Assembly: GCA_033763455.1 (NCBI GenBank)
Contig: JANRKO010000008.1
Coordinates: forward strand, 32,001 to 96,000
Reading direction: 5' to 3'
Source of the DNA: Polyangiaceae bacterium
Lineage (GTDB): Bacteria > Myxococcota_A > Polyangia > Polyangiales > Polyangiaceae
DNA length: 64,000 nt
Shown here: in pieces, positions 49,182 through 61,047 of the stretch
Layout: each line of letters starts with the position of its first letter
How positions within the stretch are numbered: the stretch's first letter is position 1
Position numbers and translations under genes: made by a program
The notes under the pieces: generated by a model
Databases searched by the model: none
The model's input: the letters and a program-made list of their open reading frames with translations, nothing else
Told to the model about the DNA's origin: nothing

Positions 49182-50108
49182 TCAGTTCCGGGCAGCCAAA
49201 CGTGGAGGATTGGTGGTTCTGCAGCGCGCGCGGTAATCCCGCGGGCTTAAGCCAACCACTTGTTTGAATTGGCGACTGAACAAGAATAACTCCTTGTAGC
49301 CCAACGTGTGGGCCACTTCGGTCACGCTCAATTGAGATTCGGCGAACAAATCTGCAGCGCGGAAAGCTCGCTGCTCCATGAGCCAAGCGCGCGGAGCCTT
49401 GCCGTAGGTGCTGCGAAACAGGCGCGTGAAATAATCCGTAGAAAGGCCCACCACTTGCGCCATGTTGTCGGTGTCGGGCCACTGCGCCAGGTTTTGGTCC
49501 ACCCAGGCTGCTAGCGCCTTTCTTTGACCCAGCGAGAGGCTGCGTTTTTGGCCATGTGCATTCTGATCAAGCCGCAAAATCGTGGTGAAAAGGAGCAGCA
49601 TCAGGCCGCGCAGCTTGGCTTGATGGTACGCGAGGGGTGAACGGTGCTCTTGAATCACCTGCTCCATGATGGGGCGCGCCTCACTGGCCCCGCGGATAAT
49701 CACTGGCTCCTGGGAGAGTGCCTGCGGGAGCGGAAGCGGGGAGACGAGCGCTCGGACGTCGCTCGGGCGGGCGGTGGCATCATCCTCGGCAGCTTCAGCG
49801 GCCGTGACCTCGAAACGCATGAAGCACAGATTGACCGGAAGAGGGCCCTGCAGGATCTCGTGCGGGTAATTCGGCGGGATCCAGATCAGATCGTTATTGG
49901 ATAAAATCTGGTGTTTGTCGTCGTAGTGGCAATGGATGGTGTTGGCGGCAACGAAGATGACCACGTGGTGCGGGATGGTTCGCGGGCCAAGCTTTAGGCC
50001 TTGCACCTTGTGGGGAAAGCCGGAACGCACCATTTCGATGGCCCGCCGGGGATCAGAGAGCTCATCCAAAACGGGTGCGTGTTCGTCAGCCGAATGCATC
50101 GATTCCAT
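49182..50108 (-). CDS. AraC family transcriptional regulator
   Basis: Cupin-like N-terminus; LSTDYFTRLF, LGYKELFLFSRQFKQVVGLSP. Confidence 0.92.
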   Translation of the reverse strand: MESMHSADEHAPVLDELSDPRRAIEMVRSGFPHKVQGLKLGPRTIPHHVVIFVAANTIHCHYDDKHQILSNNDLIWIPPNYPHEILQGPLPVNLCFMRFEVTAAEAAEDDATARPSDVRALVSPLPLPQALSQEPVIIRGASEARPIMEQVIQEHRSPLAYHQAKLRGLMLLLFTTILRLDQNAHGQKRSLSLGQRKALAAWVDQNLAQWPDTDNMAQVVGLSTDYFTRLFRSTYGKAPRAWLMEQRAFRAADLFAESQLSVTEVAHTLGYKELFLFSRQFKQVVGLSPRDYRARCRTTNPPRLAARN

Positions 50109-50362
50109 GCGTCCGATCTAACACAAGCACTTCACTCCCCGTATTGCAGTTCTTGCTGAATATTGAGCATTCTTCTGGTCTGTCCGGTTTGTCTCACCGG
50201 CGGAGTGTAAGTTTTGTGGGCAGCTACAAAGTACGGACTCGCGCGTGGCTGAGCGAATTTCCAAGCCCGCCCTGCCCGAGAACGCGCCTCTCCTTATAGA
50301 GGTGGGCATCCTTGTGCGGGGGTCCTTCACTTGAGCGGCAAACCCCATGAGGGGCTGCGTCT

Positions 50363-50887
50363 TTAGAGCCAGAGTAGGCTGTCACGGAGGCGATCGGCGC
50401 GACGCACAGCGTCGTCCAAGGCATCGCATATCTCTGTGATGGAAGAGGGCTTGTTGAGGGTGGCTCGCACGCGGCCTCGGAGCTCGCTCGGCATGCAAAG
50501 CACCTGGTTCGAGTGCACAATGCAGGTGAGTGTTGGATCGAGTTCCTGCGCTTGGACGAGCAGTTCCTCACCCCGCATCCCAGGCATCTGCAGATCCGTT
50601 ATCATCACGTCAAAGCGGTTCTGTTTTAAGAGCTCAACCGCCGACGTGCCGTCCGCTGCAACCACGACCTCGATAGTGGGTCGGTGCAGCTTGAGCTGTC
50701 GTACGAGAGTGCGCAGGATCACCGGATCGTCGTCCACCAGGAGCAACCGTGCCGAAGTGGGTTGTTCGGTGCGTGTTCCGGCCTGGACACCACTAGGAGG
50801 GCTCGGCTCCAGCACGCGAAAGGAGGCCTCCTCTTCGATGTCAGTGGCCTTTACCCAGGTGAGCGGTTTGTTTCGAGCCTTATCCAT
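50363..50887 (-). CDS. Single-domain response regulator with an N-terminal extension
   Basis: LLVDDD, TDLQMPGMRG, LNKP. Confidence 0.85.
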   Translation of the reverse strand: MDKARNKPLTWVKATDIEEEASFRVLEPSPPSGVQAGTRTEQPTSARLLLVDDDPVILRTLVRQLKLHRPTIEVVVAADGTSAVELLKQNRFDVMITDLQMPGMRGEELLVQAQELDPTLTCIVHSNQVLCMPSELRGRVRATLNKPSSITEICDALDDAVRRADRLRDSLLWL

Positions 50888-50998
50888 TTCCGTCCCAGAG
50901 GAGGGCGGAGTCTGCCCGAGATGCCCTGGGCTTGCGAGCCTCATTCTGGGAATCAACACGCTTGCACGGGGTACCCCGTCTGAGAGAGGCTCCCGCAT

Positions 50999-53900
50999 AT
51001 GCTCACGTTTCCAGGGGCGCCAGCCTACACCGCGGGTCGATTGGCTAAGCTTCTTGCGCGCGTTCACGAGAAAAACCCGCGAGTGCACGCAATCTACGGG
51101 GAGTTTGTGCACTTTGTGGACGAGCTACGGGCTCCAGACCCCAGCGACCTTGCCGTGTTAGCCAAGCTTCTCACCTACGGGCCTCGTGTAGCGCTCGAAG
51201 GGCCCCTACCCGCTGAAACCCGTGAGGATGTGCGCGATGCATCTGCGACGCTTTCGGGCCTCAGGCTGTTAGTAGTGCCGAGGCTCGGGACCATCTCGCC
51301 GTGGTCTTCCAAAGCTACCGACATCGCACGGATCTGTGGCTTGGGGGAGCTCGTGAAGCGGATTGAGCGGGGAGTGTTGGTTACTGTTGCGGGCGAGGTG
51401 GATGATGAACCTGGGCTCTGTTCTGTCATTTCCGATCGCATGACGGAATCGGTGCTGGATGGCGTCTCTCAAGCCACGGCGCTTTTTCATCGAGCGGAGG
51501 CGGCGCCACTTTCGCAGATCGACGTGTTGGGGCAGGGAGTGGGTGCGCTGGAAGCCGCCAACCGGGAACTGGGGCTCGCGCTCGCGCCCGACGAAATCGA
51601 ATATTTGATGCAGAACGCGCAGAAGCTCCAGCGCAACTACAACGATATTGAGCTCATGATGTTCGCTCAAGCCAATAGCGAGCATTGTCGCCACAAGATC
51701 TTCAACGCAAGCTTCATCATCGACGGGGAACCGCAGCCAAAGACCCTGTTCCAAATGATCCGTCGCACTACCGAGGCGAGCCCACGGGGCGTACTTTCTG
51801 CCTATTCGGACAACGCCGCGGTGCTCGAAGGCTTCTCCGGGGGCCGCTTCTTCCCCGATCCTGTGAGCCACATCTACACGTCGCACCAAGAGCCCGTTCA
51901 CATCGTCTTCAAGGTCGAAACCCACAACCACCCAACGGCTATATCGCCTCATGCTGGAGCGGCTACAGGTTCCGGCGGAGAGATCCGCGATGAAGGGGCC
52001 ACGGGTAGAGGTGCCAAGCCGAAGGCCGGGCTCACTGGGTTCTCTGTTTCGAACCTGCGGTTGCCGGGAGCCGTGCAGCCGTGGGAAGGGGAGTATGGCA
52101 AGCCGAACCGCATGGCCTCGGCGCTCGACATCATGCTTGAGGGCCCTATCGGTGCGGCGGCGTTCAATAACGAATTTGGTCGCCCGAATTTGTGCGGATA
52201 TTTTCGTACATTCGAGCTAGAAGTGCCGACCGAAACAGGCATAGAGGTGCGCGGTTACCACAAGCCGATCATGCTGGCGGGTGGCGTGGGCAGTATTCGT
52301 GAAGGGCACGTCCAAAAAGGAGTGATTGCCGAGGGAGCGCCGCTCGTCGTTTTGGGTGGGCCAGCGTTGCTGATTGGGTTGGGTGGTGGAGCCGCGTCTT
52401 CGATGGCTTCGGGGGCTTCCACGGAGGACTTAGACTTTGCTTCCGTGCAGCGCGGTAATCCCGAGATGGAAAGGCGTTGTCAGGAAGTCATCGACGCCTG
52501 CTGGGCGCTTGGAGATAACAGCCCCATCGTGTCTATTCACGACGTGGGAGCCGGTGGGCTTTCCAACGCTTTGCCCGAGCTTATGTTTGATTCCAAGCGT
52601 GGCGGGAGCTTGGAGCTCCGGGCTATCCCGAACGACGAACCGGGCATGTCGCCGCTTGAGATCTGGTGCAATGAAGCTCAGGAACGTTACGTGCTGGGCC
52701 TCGATCCCAGCAGGCTTTCGGTGTTTGCCGCTATTTGCGAGCGGGAGCGGGCGCCGTTTGCGGTGGTTGGGCACACGACCTCCGACGGCCAGTTGCGGGT
52801 GCGTGACACCCACTTTGGGAATACGCCCATCGATCTGCCGCTTCAGGTTTTGCTGGGCAAGCCTCCCAAGATGGTGCGCCGTGTTCAACGAACGCAAGCA
52901 AACCTCACGCCGGCCGCTCTTGCTGGAGTTTCGGTGAAGGAAGCAGTTGCTCGCGTGTTACAGCTGCCAACTGTAGCTGATAAATCATTTCTTATAACGA
53001 TTGGCGATCGCAGCGTCACCGGCCTCGTGTGTCGGGATCAAATGGTTGGCCCCTTTCAGGTGCCCGTGGCTGATGCGGCCGTTACCGTTACCGCGTTTGA
53101 CTGCTATACGGGTGAAGCTTTTGCGATGGGAGAACGCACGCCGCTTGGGCTTCTGAACGCCCCAGCGTCGGCACGCATGGCGGTAGCGGAAGCCATCATG
53201 AATCTTGCGGGCACCCCCATCGCGAAGCTCTCGGATATCAAGCTCTCGGCTAATTGGATGGCACCCGCGGGCAGCCGAGGCGAAGATGCTCGGCTTTTTG
53301 ACGCTGTCTTTGCGGTCGGAGAAGAGCTTTGCCCAGCGCTCGGTATTGCCATCCCGGTGGGCAAAGATTCTCTCTCCATGCGCACAGTTTGGGAGGGTGA
53401 TGGGCAGAGCAAATCGGTGACCTCGCCTGTTTCCCTTATCGTGAGTGCGGCGGCGCCCGTCTATGATGTTCGCAAAGCGCTCACGCCCGAGCTGGTGCGT
53501 GGAGAGGGGCCCACTAGGCTCTTGCTGATTGACCTTGCTCGCGGTCGCACAAGGCTGGGTGGGTCGTGTTTGTTGCAGGTCTTCAATCAAATCGGCTCTG
53601 AGGCACCGGATCTCGAGTCCCCATCGGATTTGAAAGCGTGCTTCGCCGCTATTCAGGAACTCAACCGAGAAGGAGCTCTGCTCGCGTACCACGATCGGTC
53701 GGATGGCGGCCTGTTAGTAACGCTGGTGGAGATGGCGTTTGCTGGGGGCGTTGGACTTCGTATCGACCTCAGTGCGTTTACTGGAGATGCCCTCTCTGTG
53801 CTCTTCTGTGAGGAGCTTGGCGCCGTGTTACAGGTTCGGCAGGCTGACGTTTCACGCGTGGAGCGTGTGTTTGCCGAGGTGGGTTTGGCGGGTATAGTGC

Positions 53901-54931
53901 ATGACTTGGGCGTCCCTGAAGAGTCGAACCACATCCAGTTTGTTCAACGTGGGGTTTCGGTATTTGAAGCGACGCGCACTGAACTGCGGGCGTTCTGGTC
54001 GGACATAACGTTTCGCATGCAGAGCCTGCGCGATGACGTTGCCTGTGCGGTAGAGGAGCACGCGGGCCGCCTGGATCCGGAGGCTCCTGGGCTTTCCTTT
54101 CATGCCTCCTTTGACATCAACGATGACATTGCTGCCCCGACCATCATGCGCGGAGCTCGCCCCAAGGTAGCCATACTGCGTGAGGAAGGTGTCAATGGTC
54201 AGGTAGAAATGGCAGCGGCCTTCGACCGCGCGGGGTTCAGCGCAGTGGACGTTCACATGAGCGATATTCTTTCAGGGCGCGTCACCCTGAGTGAATTTCG
54301 GATGTTAGCCGCGTGCGGTGGCTTCTCCTACGGCGACGTGCTGGGTGCCGGGGAAGGCTGGGCAAAGTCCATTCTTTTCAATAGCCGCGCCCGGGCTGAA
54401 TTTGTCGCATTTTTTGAACGCCCAGACACACTCACACTGGGCGTGTGCAACGGCTGTCAGATGCTTTCCAATTTGCGCGAGCTCATGCCGGGCGCTCAAG
54501 ATTTCCCCCGCTTCGTGCGCAACCGTTCGGAGCAGTTTGAAGCGCGGCTTTCGCGTGTTCGGATCGAGCCGTCTCCGTCGGTCTTGTTTGCAGGGATGGA
54601 AGGCTCACTTTTGCCGATTGCTGTGGCGCATGGGGAGGGGCGTGTGGAGTTTGCCAACGACGCGGAATTCCAGCGTCTTAACCGCAGCAGTTTGGTAAGC
54701 GCACGCTTCGTGGATCAACGCGGTTCACTTACCGAACGTTACCCGGACAATCCGAACGGCTCTAAAGATGGCATTACCGCCGTCACCACCCGAGACGGTC
54801 GCGCCACGCTCATGATGCCGCACCCGGAACGCGTATTTCGTGCCGTTCAGCATTCGTATCGCCCGAAAGCTTGGCGAGAAGACGCCCCATTCCTGCGCAT
54901 GTTCCGGAATGCTCGCGTTTGGTTGGGTTAG
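50999..54931 (+). CDS. purL: Phosphoribosylformylglycinamidine synthase (large single-chain form)
   Basis: [43 protein letters not shown]. Confidence 0.98.
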   Translation: MLTFPGAPAYTAGRLAKLLARVHEKNPRVHAIYGEFVHFVDELRAPDPSDLAVLAKLLTYGPRVALEGPLPAETREDVRDASATLSGLRLLVVPRLGTISPWSSKATDIARICGLGELVKRIERGVLVTVAGEVDDEPGLCSVISDRMTESVLDGVSQATALFHRAEAAPLSQIDVLGQGVGALEAANRELGLALAPDEIEYLMQNAQKLQRNYNDIELMMFAQANSEHCRHKIFNASFIIDGEPQPKTLFQMIRRTTEASPRGVLSAYSDNAAVLEGFSGGRFFPDPVSHIYTSHQEPVHIVFKVETHNHPTAISPHAGAATGSGGEIRDEGATGRGAKPKAGLTGFSVSNLRLPGAVQPWEGEYGKPNRMASALDIMLEGPIGAAAFNNEFGRPNLCGYFRTFELEVPTETGIEVRGYHKPIMLAGGVGSIREGHVQKGVIAEGAPLVVLGGPALLIGLGGGAASSMASGASTEDLDFASVQRGNPEMERRCQEVIDACWALGDNSPIVSIHDVGAGGLSNALPELMFDSKRGGSLELRAIPNDEPGMSPLEIWCNEAQERYVLGLDPSRLSVFAAICERERAPFAVVGHTTSDGQLRVRDTHFGNTPIDLPLQVLLGKPPKMVRRVQRTQANLTPAALAGVSVKEAVARVLQLPTVADKSFLITIGDRSVTGLVCRDQMVGPFQVPVADAAVTVTAFDCYTGEAFAMGERTPLGLLNAPASARMAVAEAIMNLAGTPIAKLSDIKLSANWMAPAGSRGEDARLFDAVFAVGEELCPALGIAIPVGKDSLSMRTVWEGDGQSKSVTSPVSLIVSAAAPVYDVRKALTPELVRGEGPTRLLLIDLARGRTRLGGSCLLQVFNQIGSEAPDLESPSDLKACFAAIQELNREGALLAYHDRSDGGLLVTLVEMAFAGGVGLRIDLSAFTGDALSVLFCEELGAVLQVRQADVSRVERVFAEVGLAGIVHDLGVPEESNHIQFVQRGVSVFEATRTELRAFWSDITFRMQSLRDDVACAVEEHAGRLDPEAPGLSFHASFDINDDIAAPTIMRGARPKVAILREEGVNGQVEMAAAFDRAGFSAVDVHMSDILSGRVTLSEFRMLAACGGFSYGDVLGAGEGWAKSILFNSRARAEFVAFFERPDTLTLGVCNGCQMLSNLRELMPGAQDFPRFVRNRSEQFEARLSRVRIEPSPSVLFAGMEGSLLPIAVAHGEGRVEFANDAEFQRLNRSSLVSARFVDQRGSLTERYPDNPNGSKDGITAVTTRDGRATLMMPHPERVFRAVQHSYRPKAWREDAPFLRMFRNARVWLG

Positions 54932-54961
54932 GCAGCCGCACTGAGGCAGGGCTCCTTCGGC

Positions 54962-56200
54962 CTAGCCTAGGCCGCGAGCGTCAGTGGCGGCCTTCACTCG
55001 GCTGACGCCCACGGCAAATGCCGCTGTGCGCACCGAACACTTTAGGTCCGCCTGCATGTCTCGAATCGCCCGATAGCCGTCCACGACGTGTTTCTCAAGC
55101 TGGGCGTTTACCTGTTCTTCAGTCCACTTGAAGTTCTGCGTATTTTGGACCCACTCGAAGTAGCTCACTGTGACGCCACCGCCGTTCACCCAGATGTCGG
55201 GCAGACACACGACGTTGCGCTGATTCAAGATCTCGTCTGCTTCGAAGGTTACAGGACCGTTGGCCGCCTCCAGCACGTATTTCGCTCGCACCAAACCCGC
55301 GTTCTTCTCATGAATCACGTGGCCGAGGGCTGCGGGCACGAGCACGTCGCATTCCGAAGTGAGAAGCTCTTCATTCGAAATCGGCTGCGAACCCGCAAAG
55401 CCGATGACTTTTCCGGTAGCGCGGTGGTGGGCCAAAAGCCCAGGAATATCTAGGCCCGCGGAATTCTGAATTCCACCGTAGGCATCGCTTACTGCCACAA
55501 CCTTGCCGCCAGCCTCCGCCACGAACTTTGCGAACCAGCTACCCACATTCCCAAACCCTTGAATCGCGAACTTGGCTTGATCCACCGTACGGCCGTCGGA
55601 TTTTAGAGCCTCACGAATGGCGAAGTAGCAGCCGCGGCCCGTGGCAGCTTCCCGGCCCAAGGAGCCGTGAAGTGAGAGTGGCTTGCCGGTTACTACCGCA
55701 GGGCTAAAGCCGTGACGCTTCGAGTATTGATCGAAGATCCACGCCATCACCTGGGCGTTGGTATTCATATCGGGTGCAGGAATGTCTTCGTTGGGGCCGA
55801 TCGTGGTTCCCAATTGATCGACAAACCTTCTGGTAAGCCGTTCTAGCTCCGTACGGCTAAGCGTACTTGGATCCACCTGAATGCCGCCTTTCGCACCTCC
55901 GAACGGCACATCGGCCACCGCAGTTTTCCAGGTCATCAAGCTCGCGAGTGAGCGAACTTCATCGATCTCCACCTCGGGGTGGTAGCGCAGGCCACCCTTG
56001 AATGGTCCCCGTGACTCATCATGCTGCACGCGATAGCCGATGAAGTTGCCAATCGTGCCATTATCGAGCTCGATCGCTAGCTCGACGCGGATTTCCCGGC
56101 TGGGCGTCACAAGGAGAGTGGTGTATCGATCATCCAGCTTGAGAGCTGTCATGGCTCGGTGAATGAATTGGTTAGTGGATTCGTAAGCGCTGAGTGTCAT
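54962..56200 (-). CDS. Glu/Leu/Phe/Val dehydrogenase (probable glutamate dehydrogenase)
   Basis: GPFKGGLRYHP, GGAKGG, DIPAPD, QGFGNVG, VSYFEW; start taken at MTLSAY. Confidence 0.95.
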   Translation of the reverse strand: MTLSAYESTNQFIHRAMTALKLDDRYTTLLVTPSREIRVELAIELDNGTIGNFIGYRVQHDESRGPFKGGLRYHPEVEIDEVRSLASLMTWKTAVADVPFGGAKGGIQVDPSTLSRTELERLTRRFVDQLGTTIGPNEDIPAPDMNTNAQVMAWIFDQYSKRHGFSPAVVTGKPLSLHGSLGREAATGRGCYFAIREALKSDGRTVDQAKFAIQGFGNVGSWFAKFVAEAGGKVVAVSDAYGGIQNSAGLDIPGLLAHHRATGKVIGFAGSQPISNEELLTSECDVLVPAALGHVIHEKNAGLVRAKYVLEAANGPVTFEADEILNQRNVVCLPDIWVNGGGVTVSYFEWVQNTQNFKWTEEQVNAQLEKHVVDGYRAIRDMQADLKCSVRTAAFAVGVSRVKAATDARGLG

Positions 56201-56377
56201 AGGGAACCTAGCTTGCGGAAGGGGAGCTCTTTTAAGTGTACCCGAGAGTTGTTCGTAGCGAAGCGTTGTCACGGACTTCATGGAGCAGGCGCTTCGATAC
56301 GACCGTTTCCTACACGGGCCTACCGGCGGGCCGTGGGAGGCGCTAGCTCATTTACGCGGGAATATCGGGGGAAATTG

Positions 56378-58105
56378 TTAGTCCGTGTTGGATAGCTCGG
56401 GGCGAGCCAACGCGGCGAAGATGCGGTCGAGTAGCTGCTTCCGGGTGAAAGGCTTCGCCAACACCTGCCCAAGGCTCATCTTGCCCTCTTGCAGCAGTGG
56501 CACATCCGCATAGCCAGACATAAACACGACGTGGACATCGGGTAAGATCTTCTTCACCTGCTCAGCCAATTCAAACCCACCCATCTTGGGCATCACCACA
56601 TCAGTGACGAGCAGTTGAATGTTGCCGTTCGAAGCGCGTGCCATCGCCATGGCGGCCTCGCCATTCGGCGCGGAGAGCACGGAAAACCCTGATTGACTTA
56701 GCACTCGAGCTCCGAGCTCACGCAATCCCGCGTCGTCCTCAACAAACAACACGGTGGCGTTCTTCGGAAATGGCACTGGGGTCGCGCGGTGCGGCGGGGC
56801 AGGATCGAGCTCAGCGTCCGTGTGCGGGAGGAGCACCCTCACGCGTGTGCCCACCCCTTCGTGGCTGTCCACTTCGATGGCGCCCCCGTTCTTGCGAACA
56901 ATACCGTAGGAGGTGGCAAGGCCTAGGCCCGTTCCTGAACCAACTTCCTTGGTGGTAAAGAACGGCTCAAAGATGCGTTGGCGTTCTTCCTCATTCATGC
57001 CTTTGCCCGTGTCCTCTACGCTGAAGAAGGCAAATGGACCGGGGGGAAGGCCTACGGGTTCGTCACCATTCAAGGTTGTGATACCTGTGGAGATCGTAAG
57101 ACTTCCGCCGTTGGGCATTGCATCCCGAGCATTTACGACGATATTGATGAGTACCTGAGATAGCTGCCCGGCATCCACCAAGCTCACCACGGGAGCCGGC
57201 CAGAGATCGATCGAAAATTCGATATTCTCCTCGATTACTCGCGCTAGGATCCTGCGAGCATCGTTCACAAGCTGGTTTAGGTCCACAGCTTGTGGGAGGT
57301 GGGGTTGTTTGCGAGCAAAAGCTAGAAGCTGGCCCGTAAGATCGGCACAACGGTGTACAGCTAGCTGAATAGCTTGCAGGCTTTCGCTAATGGGATCGGC
57401 TTTTGGTGTGGTCTCCTGGATCGCCTCTACATGGCCAAGGATTGCCGTTAACAGATTGTTAAAGTCGTGGGCTACGCCGCCCGCGAGCCGCCCGATGCTA
57501 TCGAGGCGGCGTGAACGGGAGAGCTCCTGCTCCAGCCGCACCCGTTCGGTAATATCCTGCGCCACGACCACGATGCCCGTGACTGCTCCCGAGGCGTCGA
57601 TTTGCGGAAATTTCTCAGTCTGCACCCAACGTTTTTCCTTGCCAACGTGAATCGGTTCCACGATGCCTCGCTTGGGCTGGCCTGAACGCATCACCTCGAG
57701 GTCGTCAGCGAAGTAGAGCGCCGCTTCGTCAGGGTACCAGCGCTCGGTGGGGGTGTTTTCCATTGCGGTGGGATCAACACCCAGGCTCTCGGCGACTGCT
57801 CGGTTCACCCGCAGGATTCGATTTTGGGTGTCCTTATAAAAAATGAAAGCAGGCAGTGCGTCTAAGATCAGCTGAAGGTCACGGCGCGCACTCGCCAAGG
57901 CTTCGCCCGGACCGTCACCGGCCTCTGATCCCGAACCTCTGCTGTGATCGACTTCCAACGATCCCTCTTCTGGGAAACCATAACCTCCACCGCGTTCCCG
58001 GGCTACAGGCGGTCGCTCCTTCTGGCTTACCTTGAGGGCCAAGCTGCCGTGCCCTGAGGCCGGTTTGTTGTCGTTGGGCATACGCCTGGCTGGTTCGGTT
58101 TTCAC
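56378..58105 (-). CDS. PAS-containing hybrid sensor histidine kinase/response regulator
   Basis: [31 protein letters not shown]; receiver TDVVMP. Confidence 0.95.
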   Translation of the reverse strand: MKTEPARRMPNDNKPASGHGSLALKVSQKERPPVARERGGGYGFPEEGSLEVDHSRGSGSEAGDGPGEALASARRDLQLILDALPAFIFYKDTQNRILRVNRAVAESLGVDPTAMENTPTERWYPDEAALYFADDLEVMRSGQPKRGIVEPIHVGKEKRWVQTEKFPQIDASGAVTGIVVVAQDITERVRLEQELSRSRRLDSIGRLAGGVAHDFNNLLTAILGHVEAIQETTPKADPISESLQAIQLAVHRCADLTGQLLAFARKQPHLPQAVDLNQLVNDARRILARVIEENIEFSIDLWPAPVVSLVDAGQLSQVLINIVVNARDAMPNGGSLTISTGITTLNGDEPVGLPPGPFAFFSVEDTGKGMNEEERQRIFEPFFTTKEVGSGTGLGLATSYGIVRKNGGAIEVDSHEGVGTRVRVLLPHTDAELDPAPPHRATPVPFPKNATVLFVEDDAGLRELGARVLSQSGFSVLSAPNGEAAMAMARASNGNIQLLVTDVVMPKMGGFELAEQVKKILPDVHVVFMSGYADVPLLQEGKMSLGQVLAKPFTRKQLLDRIFAALARPELSNTD

Positions 58106-58112
58106 ATTGACC

Positions 58113-59048
58113 CTACCGCCTTGGTATCAGCAGCCGCGTGTCTAGATCTTGGTGAGGGGTTAACAGCGGTAGGCCCGTTGGGCCGCGCGGAACGTGGGCC
58201 ATCCCCAACGCCCACCCCATGCTGTAGCGAGCGTTGATCTCGCTGAGGGCGTTCAAGGTTAACCCATTAGTATCTCGCCAAGCGAACGCATCGACCCCAA
58301 ATGGGCCAAAGTAGCCGTGAGCAGCCAAGGCACTCGCCACTCGTTCCGCGGCGCCGAGTACGCGATTTAAGCCAAATTGCGCCACCTCCGCGGGCGTTGC
58401 CAGCGTTGAGCGTTGCCAGGATCGATAGGCGTCCACTTGTTGCACGCACACGTGACCAATGCTCCACTGCCCAGTTTCGTTCACGTAGCCGTGAGCCGCG
58501 AACTCCCGTTCAATCGTCACCCAAGGTTCGGCCCACACGCCGCCGTGAGCTAGCGCCGCGGTGAGCCAGCGTTGATCGTCCGGTGAGAGCTGCTGCCGAA
58601 TGCGGCGTTGCCCCTTGCCGGAGAATCCGAAGGGCTTCTTGAACAACCAAAGCGGCACGCTGTGCTCCTCAAGCGTTGAGCGGAGCTCGGCTTCGTCGAC
58701 GATGTAGCGGGCCCCTCTAACCCCCGCGCCGAGAGGCAACCCAAACCTACGATGGTTGGCTGCCTGTAGGATTTCGAGCGAAGGTGCCGCTTCCGGTGTG
58801 GCTCCTGCCGCGCGCAGCGCTCGAAGGGCACTTGGGGTTGGGCAAAATGCTCTACCTGGGGCTCCCAAAAGCCGCTCCGGGAGCGGTTGGTGGGGTGTGA
58901 TCATGAGATCTTCGGGGCCAAGGAGTTGGGCCGCCACCGGCACAAACCGATCGAGGTGTTGCTGAACTCGAGCCCCGACGTGCCACGCGCTTGGCCGCTC
59001 CAATTCGAGTTCAGCGGCCAGGTTCAGAACCCACGCTACGGCTGCCAC
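58113..59048 (-). CDS. Uncharacterised ATP-grasp-like protein
   Basis: LFKKPFGFSGKG, AEPWV, GYFGPFGVDAF, SEINARYSMG. Confidence 0.7.
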   Translation of the reverse strand: MAAVAWVLNLAAELELERPSAWHVGARVQQHLDRFVPVAAQLLGPEDLMITPHQPLPERLLGAPGRAFCPTPSALRALRAAGATPEAAPSLEILQAANHRRFGLPLGAGVRGARYIVDEAELRSTLEEHSVPLWLFKKPFGFSGKGQRRIRQQLSPDDQRWLTAALAHGGVWAEPWVTIEREFAAHGYVNETGQWSIGHVCVQQVDAYRSWQRSTLATPAEVAQFGLNRVLGAAERVASALAAHGYFGPFGVDAFAWRDTNGLTLNALSEINARYSMGWALGMAHVPRGPTGLPLLTPHQDLDTRLLIPRR

Positions 59049-59824
59049 GCGCGCAACCGCTCCAAGAATTCAGGCCTCATGCCGGCACGTTCGCGCCGTT
59101 CTTGATTCCAGGCCTTTCCACGCATCAGAAGGGGAGTGAGCGGAGCTGGCAAAGTTGAGCACCAGGTTTCAAAATTCTGACCGCCTGTCCAGCGTTCGAA
59201 CCAATATACTCCGAGGGCCACATGGGCCACTTCTTCATTCCCGATGGTTTGTTGTAAAGCTGCACCGGCGTGGTCACCCGCCTGCAGAAATTGCTCCGCA
59301 AAAACGCTTGCATGTTCGAGGTTCGCTCCTTCAAGCCCCATGCCCATCAGCGCCACGAACTGAACCTTTGTTTGACAGGAAGGCACTCGCTGCCAAAACC
59401 AATCGCGTACCTTGAAGTCGCCGAGCCGGTGGCCTAGAGCTTCAATGTGAGCACGGTAGAGGTGCATGTGGCGGACCTCATCCTGACACACGCGCAATAA
59501 GCCCTTTCGGAACTCAAGCTCGGCGTCGCTGAACGCTAAGATGGCCCACGCCATGAGTTCTGCCGCCTGAAGCTCGTGGTGAAAAAATGTGTGCAGAACC
59601 TTCGCGCGCGCACTCGGAGCCGAGAGGTTTTCCGGAACCCGAGCACCGACCTCGGAGATCCTCAGCTCGGCGGGCCTGCCCGGGGCATTCAGGCGGCGAG
59701 GTGCGGTCTCACGAGCCCACGCGGCGGGGACGGGCCCAGGCGAAAGCTTGTAAGCTAAGCTTTCGGAAAGTACGTAACGCTCCGCCCAGGCTTCAACCGT
59801 GTCCGCGTTCGCCAACATTCCCAC
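59036..59824 (-). CDS. Ferritin-like di-iron protein (DUF455 family)
   Basis: LHTFFHHELQA, QDEVRH, LEGANL, NEEVAHV. Confidence 0.8.
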   Translation of the reverse strand: MGMLANADTVEAWAERYVLSESLAYKLSPGPVPAAWARETAPRRLNAPGRPAELRISEVGARVPENLSAPSARAKVLHTFFHHELQAAELMAWAILAFSDAELEFRKGLLRVCQDEVRHMHLYRAHIEALGHRLGDFKVRDWFWQRVPSCQTKVQFVALMGMGLEGANLEHASVFAEQFLQAGDHAGAALQQTIGNEEVAHVALGVYWFERWTGGQNFETWCSTLPAPLTPLLMRGKAWNQERRERAGMRPEFLERLRAWQP

Positions 59825-59833
59825 AAGCTAGCA

Positions 59834-61027
59834 ATGAAGTCCCGCAGCGTAACCCTTCCCGTGCAACTGCCGGTGCTCGATGCGCGTCAGCCGTCGGGTC
59901 CCTCCGGGCGGATGGTGTGTCCCCACCTCCCGCCGTGCCCTGGGTGTCCACGTTTTGGCGAAAATTCCCTCCCAATAGGCTATGTGCGCGACATTCTGGA
60001 GCTCGCCGTGCGTGCGGGCATTGAAGCGGAGTGGGTTACCGGGGAACGCACTGGGTTTCGGCGGCGGGCGCGCTTGGCGGTGCGCGGTCGGGTAGGGAGA
60101 CCAAAGATCGGAATTTTCGAAGAAGGGACCCATAGGGTGGTGGATATTCCAAACTGCGTCATACACCACCCGGTTATCAACGAAGTGGCGCGGGCTCTCA
60201 AGCGCGGGATGGGCAAGCTTCAGCTCTCCTCTTACAGCGAAAACGCTGGGCTAGGCTTGGTGCGCGGCCTTCAGGTTGCTGTGGCCCAAAAGGACGACAC
60301 AGCTCAGGTGGTGCTAATAGCGAACGACACCTCCATGGACTCCAGCCTTGAACTCCTCGGTTGCATGGCTCTGGAGCTTGGGCCAAGGCTTCAAGGGCTC
60401 TATTGGAACGGCAACGCGGAGAACTCGAATCGCGTATTGGGCGCTCACTTCAAACGCTTCGCGGGGGAGCCATTTTTGGTCGAAGAATTCGGCGGGGCTC
60501 AGGCATTTCTGGGGCCGGGGGCCTTTGGCCAGAACAACACAGAGCTTTTCTCCAAGCTAGTTGAAGGAGTTCACGGATGGGTGCCGTCCGGTGCCCGAGT
60601 AGTCGAATATTACGCAGGTGTGGGCACGTTAGGCCTCGGGCTGTTGGAGCATGCAGCGAGTGTTTGCTTCAATGAGGTCGCAGAGGCATCTCTTGCCGGT
60701 CTCGCACGTGGCATCGAAGCTTTGCCGGAATTAGTACGTGCCCGAGCATCAGTCTTTCCAGGGCCTGCTGCGGCGCACGTCGCGCTTCTGGCTCAAGCGG
60801 ATGTTGTAGTGGTGGATCCTCCACGCAAGGGGCTAGAGCCCGAGCTACTGAATGGGCTCGTGGCAAACCCACCTGAGCGCCTTATCTATGTGAGTTGCGG
60901 TTTTGAGTCCTTCAAGCGAGAGTGTGCGGAGCTATCCGCATCCTTTCGACTTGCAGCGCTCCACGCGTACGATCTTTTCCCATACACGGAGCATGTGGAA
61001 ACGGTTGCTCTCTTTGAGCGGCGGTAA
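59834..61027 (+). CDS. RlmD/TrmA family RNA (uracil-5) methyltransferase, no TRAM domain
   Basis: CPHLPPCPGC, YAGVG, VDPPRKG, YVSC, FPYTEHVE. Confidence 0.88.
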   Translation: MKSRSVTLPVQLPVLDARQPSGPSGRMVCPHLPPCPGCPRFGENSLPIGYVRDILELAVRAGIEAEWVTGERTGFRRRARLAVRGRVGRPKIGIFEEGTHRVVDIPNCVIHHPVINEVARALKRGMGKLQLSSYSENAGLGLVRGLQVAVAQKDDTAQVVLIANDTSMDSSLELLGCMALELGPRLQGLYWNGNAENSNRVLGAHFKRFAGEPFLVEEFGGAQAFLGPGAFGQNNTELFSKLVEGVHGWVPSGARVVEYYAGVGTLGLGLLEHAASVCFNEVAEASLAGLARGIEALPELVRARASVFPGPAAAHVALLAQADVVVVDPPRKGLEPELLNGLVANPPERLIYVSCGFESFKRECAELSASFRLAALHAYDLFPYTEHVETVALFERR

Positions 61028-61047
61028 GGTGCCGTACCTCGGGAAGC

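Noticed and set aside
48786..49250. 154-aa ORF after the PL7 gene
   Set aside because: Overlaps both neighbours, spans a terminator and has no recognisable domain; at most a remnant
50335..50372. GGCAAACC...GGGG resembling a c-di-GMP-I riboswitch
   Set aside because: Lacks the GACGCAAAG junction and second stem, and has no same-strand gene directly downstream; more likely a hairpin at the 3' end of the response regulator gene
7477..61027. Apparent enrichment of RNA-modification genes (rluD-like, rlmN, rluB, rlmD-like)
   Set aside because: They are scattered among unrelated core genes with no operon-level link
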